Positions 28,501-41,316 of a stretch of 64,000 bases of DNA are shown here, piece after piece. Positions within the stretch are counted from its first letter, which is position 1. Every line of letters starts with the position of its first letter. The translations under genes were made by a program, and so were the position numbers. Below the pieces are notes generated by a model. The model saw only the letters and a list, made by a program, of their open reading frames with translations. It made no database searches and was not told the DNA's origin. The DNA is from Macrostomum hystrix (taxonomy: Eukaryota > Animalia > Platyhelminthes): the NCBI GenBank assembly GCA_950097015.1, contig CATNEN010000001.1, positions 22,630,001-22,694,000 of the forward strand. The letters run 5' to 3'.

Positions 28501-29886
28501 AATGTCTCTAGTCTATCAGTATCTTTCTGTATGTCTCTAGTCTATCAGTATCTTTCTGAATGTGTCTCTAGTCTATCAGTATCTTTCTGAATGTCTCTAG
28601 TCTATCAGTATCTTTCTGAATGTCTCTAGTCTATCAGTATCATTCTGAATGTGTCTCTAGTCTATCAGTATCTTTCTGAATGTGTCTCTAGTCTATCAGT
28701 ATCTTTCTGAATGTCTCTAGTCTATCAGTATCTTTCTGAATGTCTCTAGTCTATCAGTATCTTTCTGAATGTGTCTCTAGTCTATCAGTATCTTTCTGAA
28801 TGTCTCTAGTCTATCAGTATCTTTCTGAATGTCTCTAGTCTATCAGTATCTTTCTGAATGTCTCTAGTCTATCAGTATCTTTCTGAATGTGTCTCTAGTC
28901 TATCAGTATCTTTCTGAATGTCTCTAGTCTATCAGTATCTTTCTGAATGTCTCTAGTCTATCAGTATCATTCTGAATGTGTCTCTAGTCTATCAGTATCT
29001 TTCTGAATGTGTCTCTAGTCTATCAGTATCTTTCTGAATGTCTCTAGTCTATCAGTATCTTTCTGAATGTCTCTAGTCTATCAGTATCTTTCTGAATGTG
29101 TCTCTAGTCTATCAGTATCTTTCTGAATGTCTCTAGTCTATCAGTATCTTTCTGAATGTCTCTAGTCTATCAGTATCTTTCTGAATGTCTCTAGTCTATC
29201 AGTATCTTTCTGAATGTGTCTCTAGTCTATCAGTATCTTTCTGAATGTCTCTAGTCTATCAGTATCTTTCTGAATGTCTCTAGTCTATCAGTATCTTTCT
29301 GAATGTCTCTAGTCTATCAGTATCATTCTGAATGTGTCTCTAGTCTATCAGTATCTTTCTGAATGTGTCTCTAGTCTATCAGTATCTTTCTGAATGTCTC
29401 TAGTCTATCAGTATCTTTCTGAATGTCTCTAGTCTATCAGTATCTTTCTGAATGTGTCTCTAGTCTATCAGTATCTTTCTGAATGTCTCTAGTCTATCAG
29501 TATCTTTCTGAATGTCTCTAGTCTATCAGTATCTTTCTGAATGTCTCTAGTCTATCAGTATCTTTCTGAATGTGTCTCTAGTCTATCAGTATCTTTCTGA
29601 ATGTCTCTAGTCTATCAGTATCTTTCTGAATGTCTCTAGTCTATCAGTATCTTTCTGAATGTCTCTAGTCTATCAGTATCTTTCTGAATGTCTCTAGTCT
29701 ATCAGTATCTTTCTGAATGTGTCTCTAGTCTATCAGTATCTTTCTGAATGTCTCTAGTCTATCAGTATCTTTCTGAATGTCTCTAGTCTATCAGTATCTT
29801 TCTGTATTTCTCTAGTCTATCAGTATCTTTCTGAATGTCTCTAGTCTATCAGTATCTTTCTGTATGTCTCTAGTCTATCAGTATCA
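25501..29886. repeat. 4.4-kb satellite array, 29/31-bp unit TCTAGTCTATCAGTATCTTTCTGAATGT(GT)C
   Basis: About 150 highly homogeneous tandem copies. Confidence 0.99.
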
Positions 29887-30095
29887 GTAAATTTTGTCTG
29901 GCAGTACCTATAAGTGCGCATTGTTTGCCGCTGAACACATGTTACTCTCTGTGTCTGTCTCTGGACCAACCATCTGTCAATGTGCGAGTGCTAATCGTCA
30001 TCGAGTAAGCATGCAGTCACGCACATTGTATCGATACATTGAAGAGGAGACTGCGGTTGTTTCAAGATTGGCCTTCGGCCGTCAGTTGATATTAG

Positions 30096-30307
30096 CCAAT
30101 GGCGTGACTGCGAGGTGGCCAAGCACACCGGCTTCTGTCCTATTTATAAAGCTTAGCAGTTAACCAAGCTAGCCAAACAGCCGGGCCGCTGCCGGTGATC
30201 AAGCCCTTTCGCACCTTTCACAGATATCTGCTTCTGCATGTGATGAGCTAAGTCTGATCTGATCTGAGCTCATCGCAATCTGTTACTCAATCAGACAGTT
30301 TTTGCAG
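30096..30307 (+). promoter_or_regulatory. Putative promoter and non-coding first exon of the GPCR gene
   Basis: CCAAT at 30096, TATTTATAAA at 30141, consensus donor CAG/GTAAGT at 30307/8, and a matching acceptor CACAG at 32005 just before the ATG. Confidence 0.55.
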
Positions 30308-32017
30308 GTAAGTTAATCAACCTACTTGGCTTTTGTGTTCATAGTAAGAAATAAGTTAATAGATTATTGCAACCGTCATTTTTTTACTCGTAGTTTTCTG
30401 CGTTCAATTTTTTTACCTCTTTTTACATTTTTTGCATTATCAATAGCTGAATTAATAGCAGTATTTTTTTCCCCAGATTTGCACAATGTCCTGGCCAGAT
30501 TATTTGCCAGACCTGCTTAAAACTGATAATGGAAGCGGTAAATCAATATATCGATAGCTTCTCACAATCCCATCAATGTCTTTCCGCTTCTGATTATTCG
30601 CTTTTCGCTCTGGTTCGGGTGGTCATAATTTGGGAATGTGAGCTCAGACTTGGCTTAGCGGGCTGGACCGTTGGCTAGTAACAAAGTCCTGAAAAAACAC
30701 TTCAAAATTTATGTTCTTTTTCACTTGTTCTACTGAGAGACGAGGACTACGTATGAAGACTTAAGAAGACCTATATCCGTTTCTTGAGTCGTCCTTGGCG
30801 AGAGTTTTGTTATTCGCAGTTAATTTTGCGAGTCTAGACAAAAATTTTTACTGCAAGCAATACGTTACACACCTTTAACTCAATAAGTCAAGTTATATTG
30901 GTGTTATACCTCGTAGAATCTTATAATATTTTTAAACAGTTTTTTTCCTTCCCTAAATGTAGAACGGTTGACTGCCTTCAATAGGTAGACTGGGTCATCC
31001 GCACTTCCGGAGGGGGGAAACTTCGAAGAAAAAAGGTTTCCGCAATTAATCTGAACAGTGGGTGTTTGAATGAAAGCTTCTATAAACCGCAGATTTTTAA
31101 TGAGATAAGTAATTCCGTTTACGAAGACCAAGCCCTTTGCTATGCTCTAGACAGATGGGGCAAGCCTCAAGAATCCTAATGCTATCCTTTCCTAGAATAA
31201 GACGGAATACTTGATTGAGTGCAGTCTGGACCTAGTAAAAAAATAGCATGAAGAATGGACTATATGAGAGCAGTTGCAGCTGCAGTGGCTGCTGCCTGGC
31301 CAGAAGTCATTTCTGGATTCGCTAATCCAAGGGGTCATTTTTATGCCGCACTTGATTTAATAAGTCATGAAGCGAATTGTGGCTGCAATGCGCTTGAAGT
31401 CCCAGAGGAATTCGCCAAAACACGGAGCGGAGCCACTTTAACAATAAACTTACTCCAAATGCTGAGAACTACTTTAGCATCGGCTCAAATATTCTCTTTC
31501 ACTAGCAGAAGAGCAAGTGAATATCGGTCACATTTGCAAACACCGAAGCTTCAGACATATAATCTAAAATACTTAGTACTTCAAGCACAAGACTGACAAG
31601 TAAAACACTTTTTTAAAGACGAAAACCTTTAAGCCTAGCAATTTCTGAGCATACATGTAGACAATTATAAAAAGTCACCTTGATAAGTCAGTCCGAGTAA
31701 ATCTTAGGGATTGAGTTGAGTAGCGGTGACGCGTTCTACTCTCGCACCGAAATCCTCGGCGAGGCCTTATAAATTTGGGACGGAGTCGCGGGAGAGAAGG
31801 CTTGGGGTTGGCCGTGCAATCAAACTCCCGACGAGGGCCGAGACACAGTGAGATTTTCGCTGCCTTTCCAAAGAAAAAGTCAAAACAGGTGTGACCTGCG
31901 TGAGCTTGAGCGAGTGCGTGCGTACGTACCATTGTGCCTGTGTGCTCAGTGTTTAACCGTGATGACAGTACCCAGAAAATATTTTTCACGTGTGGAATCT
32001 CACAGATTTCCTCAGCT

Positions 32018-35000
32018 ATGAACATCATTACGTCATCGGCCTTCGCCATGACGACCCAAGCGCTGCCAAGAGCGCCAACACTCAGCGGCTTGCAGCTGAT
32101 GCGCTATCGCGACTGCGCCAGAAAGCATCTGATCGGAGTCAAGATTGACCAGGGTGTGCTCAACCCCAGCCACATCAACGCCCTGTACCAGATGGCGCGC
32201 TGCGTCAATGCCAGCGGCCTAGACGCTGTCGAATCACTGCGAGACGCTCTGGACGAGAGCAAAGCTCGCGAGCTGCCGTTCCTGGCCGGCATTCTCAGCG
32301 TCTACGCCCTGCTGGCCGTTTTTGGCTCCGTCGGCAACGGGCTGGTCTTGTTCACCGTCAGTCGCAACCGGCACATGAGAACCGAGCGCAACTTTTACAT
32401 CTGCAACCTGGCCGTGTCCGACTTGACTCTCTGCGCCCTGACGCAGCCGCTGAATGCGCTGCGCCTGCTGCAGAACTACGTCAGCTGGGAGTTCGGCATC
32501 GGGCTGTGCCGAGCTGTCAACATTCTGACTGGGCTGAATATGTTCGTGTCAACATTCTCCATCACAGCCGTGGCAGTGGACAGATGTCGGGTGAGTCTGT
32601 CTAGACTAGTCCGCTGATTCCGTTAGACTTTGTTGGGTACAACTTCGCCTATTAAATAATCAGTAATTGGAAGAATTGTCACCCTCCTGTCCGGAATCCG
32701 ATTCACCTTTGTTGGGTACAACTTCGCCTATTAAATAATCAGTAAATGGAAGAATTGTCACCCTCCTGTCCGGAATCCGATTCACCTTTGTTGGGTACAA
32801 CTTCGCCTATTAAATAATCAGTAAATGGAAGAATTGTCACCCTCCTGTCCGGAATCCGATTCACCTTTGTTGGGTACAACTTCGCCTATTAAATAATCAG
32901 TAAATGGAAGAATTGTCACCCTCCTGTCCGGAATCCGATTCACCTTTGTTTTTGAGTCGCCTTCAGAGGGATAAGGACACGAAGGCAACTTTCAATCGAG
33001 ATCTGCATCTAAATTAATTTCTTTGTCCAGTTTTGTCGGTTTCCACATTTACTAATTCTATACTCGTATACCTTTTAATTCCTTATTACAGCACGTACAA
33101 AGTGTGTGACGCAACGCGCTAACTTAATAATCAGGTATTGTTGAGGCTTCCTTTGAAAGCATCCGATTACATCTCGCAGTTTTACCATTTTGTAGCTTTG
33201 AATTTCTGCGCTGACCCGTTGTTGACAGACAAAATATGAAAATTGCGCAGGTGTTGAATAAATTAGGTCGTAAATAAGACAAGGAACTAATTAAAATCGA
33301 AAGGCATTACGCTAATTATTTTTACCTTATTTGTCTAACGGTGCGCTGAATTCATTACTAAACAAAATCCGGATTTCCGGGTTTAATTAACCGGAGGGAT
33401 TTGTATTAGATCAGCGTAAAATCCCATAATTGATTGGTAAAGCTATAAATTTCCCGCTGATAAAGGCATTGCCCTGAGAATCAGCATTGAAATCCCCATT
33501 ACTTAATTCTTCGAAATGGCTTAATGGAGATGAGTGACGCAGTGGCAGGAAGTCTCAGATTCAGCTTCCCTAAATAATCACTTTTAATTTGCCGAGTCAC
33601 GTGGACAGGCAAGCTCCACCATGTCAGAGCTAAGCAGGAGAGGCTTAACGAAAACAACACCAGTAATGCGGGGCAGGTGGAAGATTAAGAGAACTGACAG
33701 AAAGGTCATAATTCTACATATATGGGCAGTGATAAAGCACTAATAGTTAAAGTGCAATGAAGAACAATGGATACATTGAGTATGAATATAAATATATACA
33801 AATATATAGCCTGGTTTTTCTACTGTTGAGGCCTGTTTAGTAGTGAACAGGTTTGGGGACTTAGGGCACTGAAAAGTGTGAGGGCCTCTTATTAGCCGGA
33901 AAAAGGTCACGGAAATGGTTTTCCGCGTTCTCTAACTGTTAAGTAGAACTTATCCGTGTCATCGTAAGGGTTAAGTACTCGTATTTTGCCGTGATGCAAA
34001 TTTCATGAAAAAATTAGATTTAACAAAACATTAGTGGTCCCACATGCCCGCCCCCGTGAGTGCTTTTACGGGTCTTTCCTCTGGGCTTTTAACTATCCAA
34101 TGGAGACTGAATTCCCTGAGGATTCGAGTTGAGAGCGGGACTTGGAACACCCATCCGTTGACTGCACATCGAATTCGTGCACAGCTGGTGATGCCGGCGC
34201 TAATGCCCCCCTGACTTGTATTACGCGAGAGAATCCCATGCATATTATATGATGCATTGCGATAGAATGCACTTCCATACGCTAAGTCATTGTGACGAAA
34301 TCTGAGTTCCGTCGCCAACATTAGAGACAGCATCGCAAAAACATTCGCCAACTTTCTCTAACCCAGGCCATCGTGAGAGTGGAAGTCGCAGGACCCGCAG
34401 CTGGCAGGTGCAGCTGGCGCCGCTGTATCCTCAGCCTGCTGGCCATCTGGGGCTCCGCCGCCTTGGTCGCAGCGCCGCTGGCCGCCTTCGCCACGGTGAC
34501 GGAGAATCCGTTGCATAAGCCGCCAATTAAGATTTGCATGGAGCTGACGGGCGCTCCCATCATGAACTGGTCGAAGCTGATCTACAGCATAGCAACCATC
34601 CTGGTACAGTACCTCGTGCCGCTGGCGATTGTTTTGGTTGCCTACGCCAGAATTTACAAGCGGCTGCGGCGCAGAATGCGGCAAATGCAACGCCGACGCC
34701 AGTCGGAGATCCGGCGTCACGTCGAAGCCCGAAGGCAGCGCCGTGCGAATCTTCAGCTGCTGGCCATCAGCCTGACATTCGCGCTGAGCTGGCTGCCGCT
34801 GTCCGTGGTGAACATTGTACAGGACTTCAACTTGCTGAGGAAAGTCACCGCTACTATCGACGGGACGACGGCGGCCGCGCAGAAACCTGCCAGCAGGAAT
34901 GAGGGCGCCAGCACGTTCGTAGTGGTGGCAGCCCAGTGCATTCCGCTGCTGCTCATTCTGGTCTCCGCCTGTTTGAACCCGGTGTTCTACGGCTGGTTGA

Positions 35001-35975
35001 ACGACAACTTCCAGGTAGGCACTGATTGATCTTCATTTTGCACTACTCGAGAGGTTCCAGGTCATTTTCATTGACAGCTGCCGCCACAGGCCCATTGTTA
35101 AGCGACAGTTGACCCGCTGACAGCGAGGAAGCGATTCTGCTGCCCATTTCGCTGGCCCCTGAGCACACCCACGCTCGGATACGCTACTCACGCACAAAGA
35201 CTCTTCTGTGTACATTTGCCATGGCTTCTCATCGCAAAGCAGTGTGCAATCTCACTGTGCCCTCGTGGCGAGATTGCACGACACCCCCCAAAAGATTCGA
35301 GCTCAGTGACTTCGGTGCAAAAGTCGGACGTGTCACCAGCCCCGAGATTACTGTTCATTAAAAAATAGTTAATTTTTTTCTCTAATATTGTGAGCAAGCA
35401 TAACTACTCGTACGTATAAACTAGGGGTAAAGAGCATCGTTATTTCGATGATCGTGACGTAGTGTCAATTGTCAATTGTCAATCACTCACTGCGTGGGTT
35501 GTCGTTGTCTGCAATCAGAAAATTACTTTGAAAATAGGTTTTTTTTCACAGGAAAGAAGTATAATGAGCAGACTTATTTTTTTTGCATTCAATTTAGTTT
35601 CCGTTAACTGACAGCAAAAAAATGAGATAATTAGAGCAGGAAATTAGTTCGCAGTATTTCCCGACTTATGCTGCAATGTCTTATAAGGAACACATTTTGT
35701 GCTCTGATTAAGATTTCTTTGTCTGGTCGATGAGTAACCATATTTTCTTGAATCTTCACCCTCGCCGCCTCACCTTTCAGGCTGAGTTCAAGCGACTCGC
35801 AACTCGACTATTGCGCGGAGGTCTCAACGGACCTCCAGCTGGGGATACTTCGGCAACGCCGGTGGAAAACAATGCCGATGTGAGAATCCCGCTGCAACGC
35901 ATCATTTCAGAGCCGGAGCACTCAGCCTCACACGACTGCGAACGCGAGGGTGGCGCCGCTACGGCCTTTCAATGA
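32018..35975 (+). CDS. Rhodopsin-family neuropeptide GPCR, NPF/NPY-receptor-like, ~471 aa; exons 32018-32590, 34367-35014, 35781-35975
   Basis: GSVGNGLV, MRTERNFYICNLAVSDL, STFSITAVAVDRC, QYLVPL..V..AYARI, FALSWLPL, SACLNPVFYGWLNDNFQAEF (typical NPF-receptor TM7). Confidence 0.92.
32627..32950. repeat. 79-bp tandem repeat, 4 copies, at the start of a GPCR intron
   Basis: CTTTGTTGGGTACAACTTCGCC...GGAATCCGATTCAC x4. Confidence 0.95.
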
Positions 35976-36292
35976 GTACAAAAATGAAAGTTCCGGTTTG
36001 GCATAACAATAAAACTTCAACTATTCGTTGAATTCGCATAAAAGTACAAACTGAAGCAGAAATAAAAGGTGTAAATCAGAAGCTTTCTCAACCTAAAAAA
36101 ATTTGCTTTTTGCGAAGCAATCTCCAAAGGAATCGTCGGCCTTTCTCTGAGTTCTTTAGAAATGTCTCCTTTTACCTGTAACAAAAGTTTCAAACATAAA
36201 AATAATTTGAATATGCAACACAAAAAGTTTGCTAAAAATTACTCAAACTAATTTTGATGCTTCCATTCTAGCTAAGCTTAGATTCATTGACA

Positions 36293-37680
36293 TTGTTCCT
36301 GCTGCGATTCTAGCTATGGTTCCTGCTGCGATTCTAGCTATGGTTCCTGCTGCGATTCTAGCTATGGTTCCTGCTGCGATTCTAGCTATGGTTCCTGCTG
36401 CGATTCTAGCTATGGTTCCTGCTGCGATTCTAGCTATCGTTCCTGCTGCGATTCTAGCTATGATTCCTGCTGCGATTCTAGCTACGGTTCCTGCATCGAT
36501 TCTAGCTACTGTTTATCCCACGGTTCTTAATAAAATTCCTGCTGCGATTCTAGCTACGGTTCCTGCTGCGATTCTAGCTACGGTTCCTGCAGCGATTCTA
36601 ACTACTGTTTATCCCACGATTCTTAATAACATTCCTGCTGCGATTCTAGCTACGATTCCTGCTGCGATTCTAGCTATGGTTCCTGCTGTGATTCTAGCTA
36701 TGGTTCCTGCTGCGATTCTAGCTATGGTTCCTGCTGCGATTCTAGCTATGGTTCCTGCTGCGATTCTAGCTATGGTTCCTGCTGCGATTCTAGCTATGGT
36801 TCCTGCTGTGATTCTAGCTATGGTTCCTGCTGCGATTCTAGCTATGGTTCCTGCTGCGATTCTAGCTATGGTTCCTGCTGCGATTCTAGCTATGGTTCCT
36901 GCTGCGATTCTAGCTATGGTTCCTGCTGCGATTCTAGCTATGGTTCCTGCTGCGATTCTAGCTATCGTTCCTGCTGCGATTCTAGCTATGATTCCTGCTG
37001 CGATTCTAGCTACGGTTCCTGCATCGATTCTAGCTACTGTTTATCCCACGGTTCTTAATAAAATTCCTGCTGCGATTCTAGCTACGGTTCCTGCTGCGAT
37101 TCTAGCTACGGTTCCTGCAGCGATTCTAACTACTGTTTATCCCACGATTCTTAATAACATTCCTGCTGCGATTCTAGCTACGATTCCTGCTGCGATTCTA
37201 GCTATGGTTCCTGCTGCGATTCTAGCTACGATTCCTGTTGCGATTCTAGCTATGGTTCCTGCTGCGATTCTAGCTAAGATTCCTGCTGCGTTTCTAGCTA
37301 TCGTTCCTGCTGCGATTCTAGCTACGGTTCCTGCAGCGATTCTAGCTACTGTTTATCCCACGATTCTTAATAACATTCCTGCTGCGATTCTAGCTACGAT
37401 TCCTGCTGCGATTCTAGCTACGATTCCTGCTGCGATTCTAGCTACGATTCCTGTTGCGATTCTAGCTATGATTTCTGTTGCGATTCTAGCTATGATTTCT
37501 GTTGCAATTCTAGCTACGATTCCTGCTGCCATTCTAGCTGCGATTCCTGCTGCGATTCTAGCTACGATTCCTGCTGCGGTTCTATCTATGTTATTTGCTA
37601 CGATTCTAGCCACTGCTCCTGCTACGATAATACCTACGGTTTCTATTGCGATTCCCGCTTCGTTTCCCGCTGCGACTCTA
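36293..37680. repeat. 24-bp minisatellite GTTCCTGCTGCGATTCTAGCTATG
   Basis: Tandem copies with an internal ~528-bp duplication (variant block at 36493 and 37021). Confidence 0.97.
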
Positions 37681-38574
37681 CAATGAGTGCGTGGAAAGGT
37701 GATTTGGAATCTGCCTATCCCTATTGTCATGCCCTAAATAAGCTTTATTGCAGTATTATTTTCCCTTTCGGGTGGATCAGTTACTTTTCACGCCACTCAG
37801 CACGGTGGCACCCTATTGTAGTGTAGCCAATCAAGTGCTTAGCTGCCGGCACCGAAACAATAGTGCATTTTGTAAAGTACACCTGCACCCTACTACTGCA
37901 GCGCAGCACTCGGGCAATTCATCTTCGTAAATCTGAGTGAGTCATTAAGGCAGCGTCTGTTTAGGCGTCATTTTAGCAGTAATTAGGTGATTTCCATCGA
38001 AAACTGGCGTGCAGAAAGCCGTTGCTGGGGCCTATTAAAAACTCTTATTACTCAATTTCTAAATAATGAGCAAACACAATCGCTAACTAAATTTAGAACT
38101 GACGGACGCCCACGCCACGCGGAGTCGTGGACACTGACAAGATCTGTTAGGCACTGTGTTGACAGAGAGACAGAGAGAGAGCGAAAGCTATGAAGCATGG
38201 AGGGTTTGTCGCGCACAGCTTATCCAGAATTGTACAGTTTCTGGACCCTAATCTAAACCGCTGATGTGCATTGCAAGGCAAATGTACAGTAAAGCACAAT
38301 GCACAATTGGAAAGCCTGCGCCTCTTCTTCTTCTCTACTTTCCAACTATAGTCCGTACAGCAAGATGCAACCTTGTACACATTCTAGTAGAAAAGACAGG
38401 ATGCCTGCTCCTTCCGCGGCTAATCCAAAGTACCTAGTTTGCAACTTTTTAATTCTCAACAAGCAATAGCGTTTGCTATCAGCTTGAGAGCAGTATATAG
38501 CTGTCTCTAGCTAGCGCAGGGAGCTTTGAAAGGTGCCATTTTAATAGTCGTTAGGCAGAGAAATACTGCGAAAA

Positions 38575-40627
38575 ATGTCTCAGAGCCCACAAAAACGAAG
38601 ACACGGGATGCTGATGCGCTTCTGCAAGGCCGATCGGAAACTGCTCCAGCTGGAGCAGCACTCTGGCTTGTTGCTGATGATGTTTTTCAGCGGTGCGGTG
38701 AGCGCCGAGTACGCTAAACGCCACCTCAAAGTGATGGAGCGCGTGACTGAGCTCATGAAGGAACTCATACCGGACAAGCGGAAACCGAGGCACTTCCGCT
38801 ACAGATACTCGGATGACTTCCGCCGCACCATCGACGGTGTCGTGCTTAACCTCGCGGCAAGCTCCGTTAAATTCAGAGATCATCCGCTCTTGCTAGGCAT
38901 GGTCGCTCTGCGAGCTGCCTTCACGCCCGAGTTTCTTACTGGGCATCAAGCGTTGGCCTCCGCTGTAAGTCTTAGCTGGTCAATTTAACTCGACTTTCCA
39001 TTCCGTTTGATTTCTTGTTGCCTAAAAACCTGGCAGTTTCAAGTAAATTTTTGAATTCACGCTGGACTCTCCGAACTGTAGGTGACCGATTCTGCCAGCG
39101 AGACCTTCCGGCTCCTGCGGCTAGAGGCCGGACGAAGCTTCCACGGCGGCGATCCACTGCAGAATGAAGGCCTGCTGCGGCAGTTGGAGAAGTTCGACGA
39201 AGCTCTGGCAAATTTCGAGTTCGCGTGGATTTGCGACGGAACCGATCCGGTGGTCCTGGCGGCAGTCAACGAAATCCAGCCTTTGATCGAACTGTTCATC
39301 AAGGCAGCCCGCTGGGCAGTTGAGCAGGGCTACATTAACTCTGAGGACTTTGCCAACAGCGAGCCGGAGGTCATGACGACACTGCCGAGGCTGGTTGTGC
39401 TATTTTACCTGACGGAAATATCAGCAGACGCACAGGCCAGTCGGAAGTACACTGTATTCAGTCAACACCAGAGTGAGCTGGACGAAGCGCTACAACTTCT
39501 GAGCGAGCTTGAGCCGCCGCAGCGGGAAGAAATCGCACGTCGGCTGTGCCTAAAGACCGAGGCCGACGATCCTCAGCTGATGCGCCTGTTCCGAGCAATC
39601 GCAACTGCTGCGGACCAGATGCAGACCAACCATCCCATGGAGTCAAACTACCTCATGTCGCACGTCTGCTCCAGGTATGTCGCCTTGCGCCTTGTATCGA
39701 GATATTTCTCCGTATGTAAATTGTGTCCAGAGTCGGACTCCAGTCCTTCTGCTTGCCAGCAAACTGATGCTTCATCACTCAGCAAGTACTGGCAAAATAG
39801 GCCGACAACCGGGGTAGCACGAATGTGCAGCTTTACTGTACCATCTGTATACTGTACAGTAGTTCCTTTTGTTTGTTGTAAGTTTCCACTGAAAGAGACG
39901 GCATTATCGGGGATTAAACTGTGAGCGCACGGTTGTTAACAAAGCGAGGGTAAGGGTGGCAGCGGCTGGGTGACAGCGAGAGAGAGACAGCCAATCACCA
40001 GAGCAGGTGAGAGGCTTTGAACAGGATGTAAAAATTCAAAAGGGTTGATTCAAAACAGAAAACTTTCTATACGAAATCAAAACTTTTTCCAGCTTTGAAG
40101 TCGCCTTAGACGCCGCCGTAGACTCACCGCCAGCCATCGTCGGCAATGTCGACGATGCTCACCCAGCCCGCACCGGTCCAGTCATATGGGTGCCCGACTG
40201 TTCATCGACAGTGTGCACCTTCCGAGACTGCGGACGCGAGTTCAGCGTCCTGCAGCGCCGGCATCACTGCCGAGCCTGCGGCGGCCTGTTCTGCGACGAG
40301 TGCACGAAGCAGCGGCTGTCGCTGCCAATGCTAGGCCTGCACAGTCCTGTCAGGGTGTGCAACGCATGCTATGACCAGATCTCCGCAACTCGGCTTACCC
40401 AGAACGCTCCCGAATGGGCTGTGAGCAGCAGCTACCGATGCTGTTCGAATGGCGCCTGTAGAGAAGATTTTTCTGTTTTTCGCCGACGTCACCACTGCCG
40501 AGCCTGCGGCGGTGTGTTCTGCCACAGCTGCAGCAGCTACAGAGCTGCGCTGCCACAGTTCGGCTATGCCTCAGCTGTGCGAGTGTGCCAGTACTGCCAT
40601 TCCATTCACGGCAGCCTGCAGGCCTGA
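38575..40627 (+). CDS. Divergent lateral signaling target 2 (LST2/ZFYVE28)-like protein with two tandem FYVE domains, ~505 aa; exons 38575-38964, 39082-39674, 40093-40627
   Basis: LMRFCKADRKL, ELIPDKRKPRHF, LEKFDEALANFEFAWI and EQGYINSEDFANSEPEVMTTLPRL align by eye with LST2 N-terminal motifs. Two RRHHCRACG...VRVC FYVE units; frame-consistent splice sites. Confidence 0.85.
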
Positions 40628-41316
40628 GCCTGTCGTAAAATTGGAAATCAAAACTAAAAACTAAAAACTCAAACGGAAGTGTCTGTCTGTGAAAATTAAA
40701 ACAACCATGTCGCACTAACATTCAAATTGCATAGAACTGTAAATTTCAGTTGCATGAAAGTAATTCTATACCGCACGGCTATAATTTCATGAAAACTATT
40801 CTGTATTGGCTCTTATCCGAGATTCACCACCTTGCAAATCGTGAATTCCAAGCCTGACTCTCATGCTGATTATAAATGGCATGTGAACTGCGCCTTTAAA
40901 AGTTTTAACTGAAGCATTACGTTATTAAAAAATGTAAGTTTAAATTGAGAAAATACACTTGTATAAGTACGAGTTCGAAGTTGCTCTATAAATTTCATTT
41001 TTAAAATAAATTTTAAACTATTTTAATTAATCGTACACTTCAAAATACGCACGTACCATACGAAATTTTATTTCTGATTGTTCTGTTACTGTTAATACCT
41101 CGTAGTAGGGCTAACAAGCCATTTTGCCACACCTTTTTATACCAAGGGGAGGGGGGAATTCTGCCAAGACAAATATTTTTGCTGGACACGAACAGAGCAA
41201 GGCAAGCACACGAAACTCAAGAATACGGGTGAAAATTTTGTTGCGCACCTTCTGAAACAAGAATCAAGTCGTCAGCCTATCAGACCGTCGAGATATTCAA
41301 CTGTTCTGACCGAAGG

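Noticed and set aside
25501-29886. CRISPR-like ~30-bp periodicity
   Set aside because: No unique spacers, contiguous tandem units, eukaryotic context
36229-37686. 485-aa ORF (MVPAAILA)n
   Set aside because: It is a stop-free frame of a 24-bp minisatellite with a TTG start, and the same family occurs inverted at 41.3 kb; no evidence of coding
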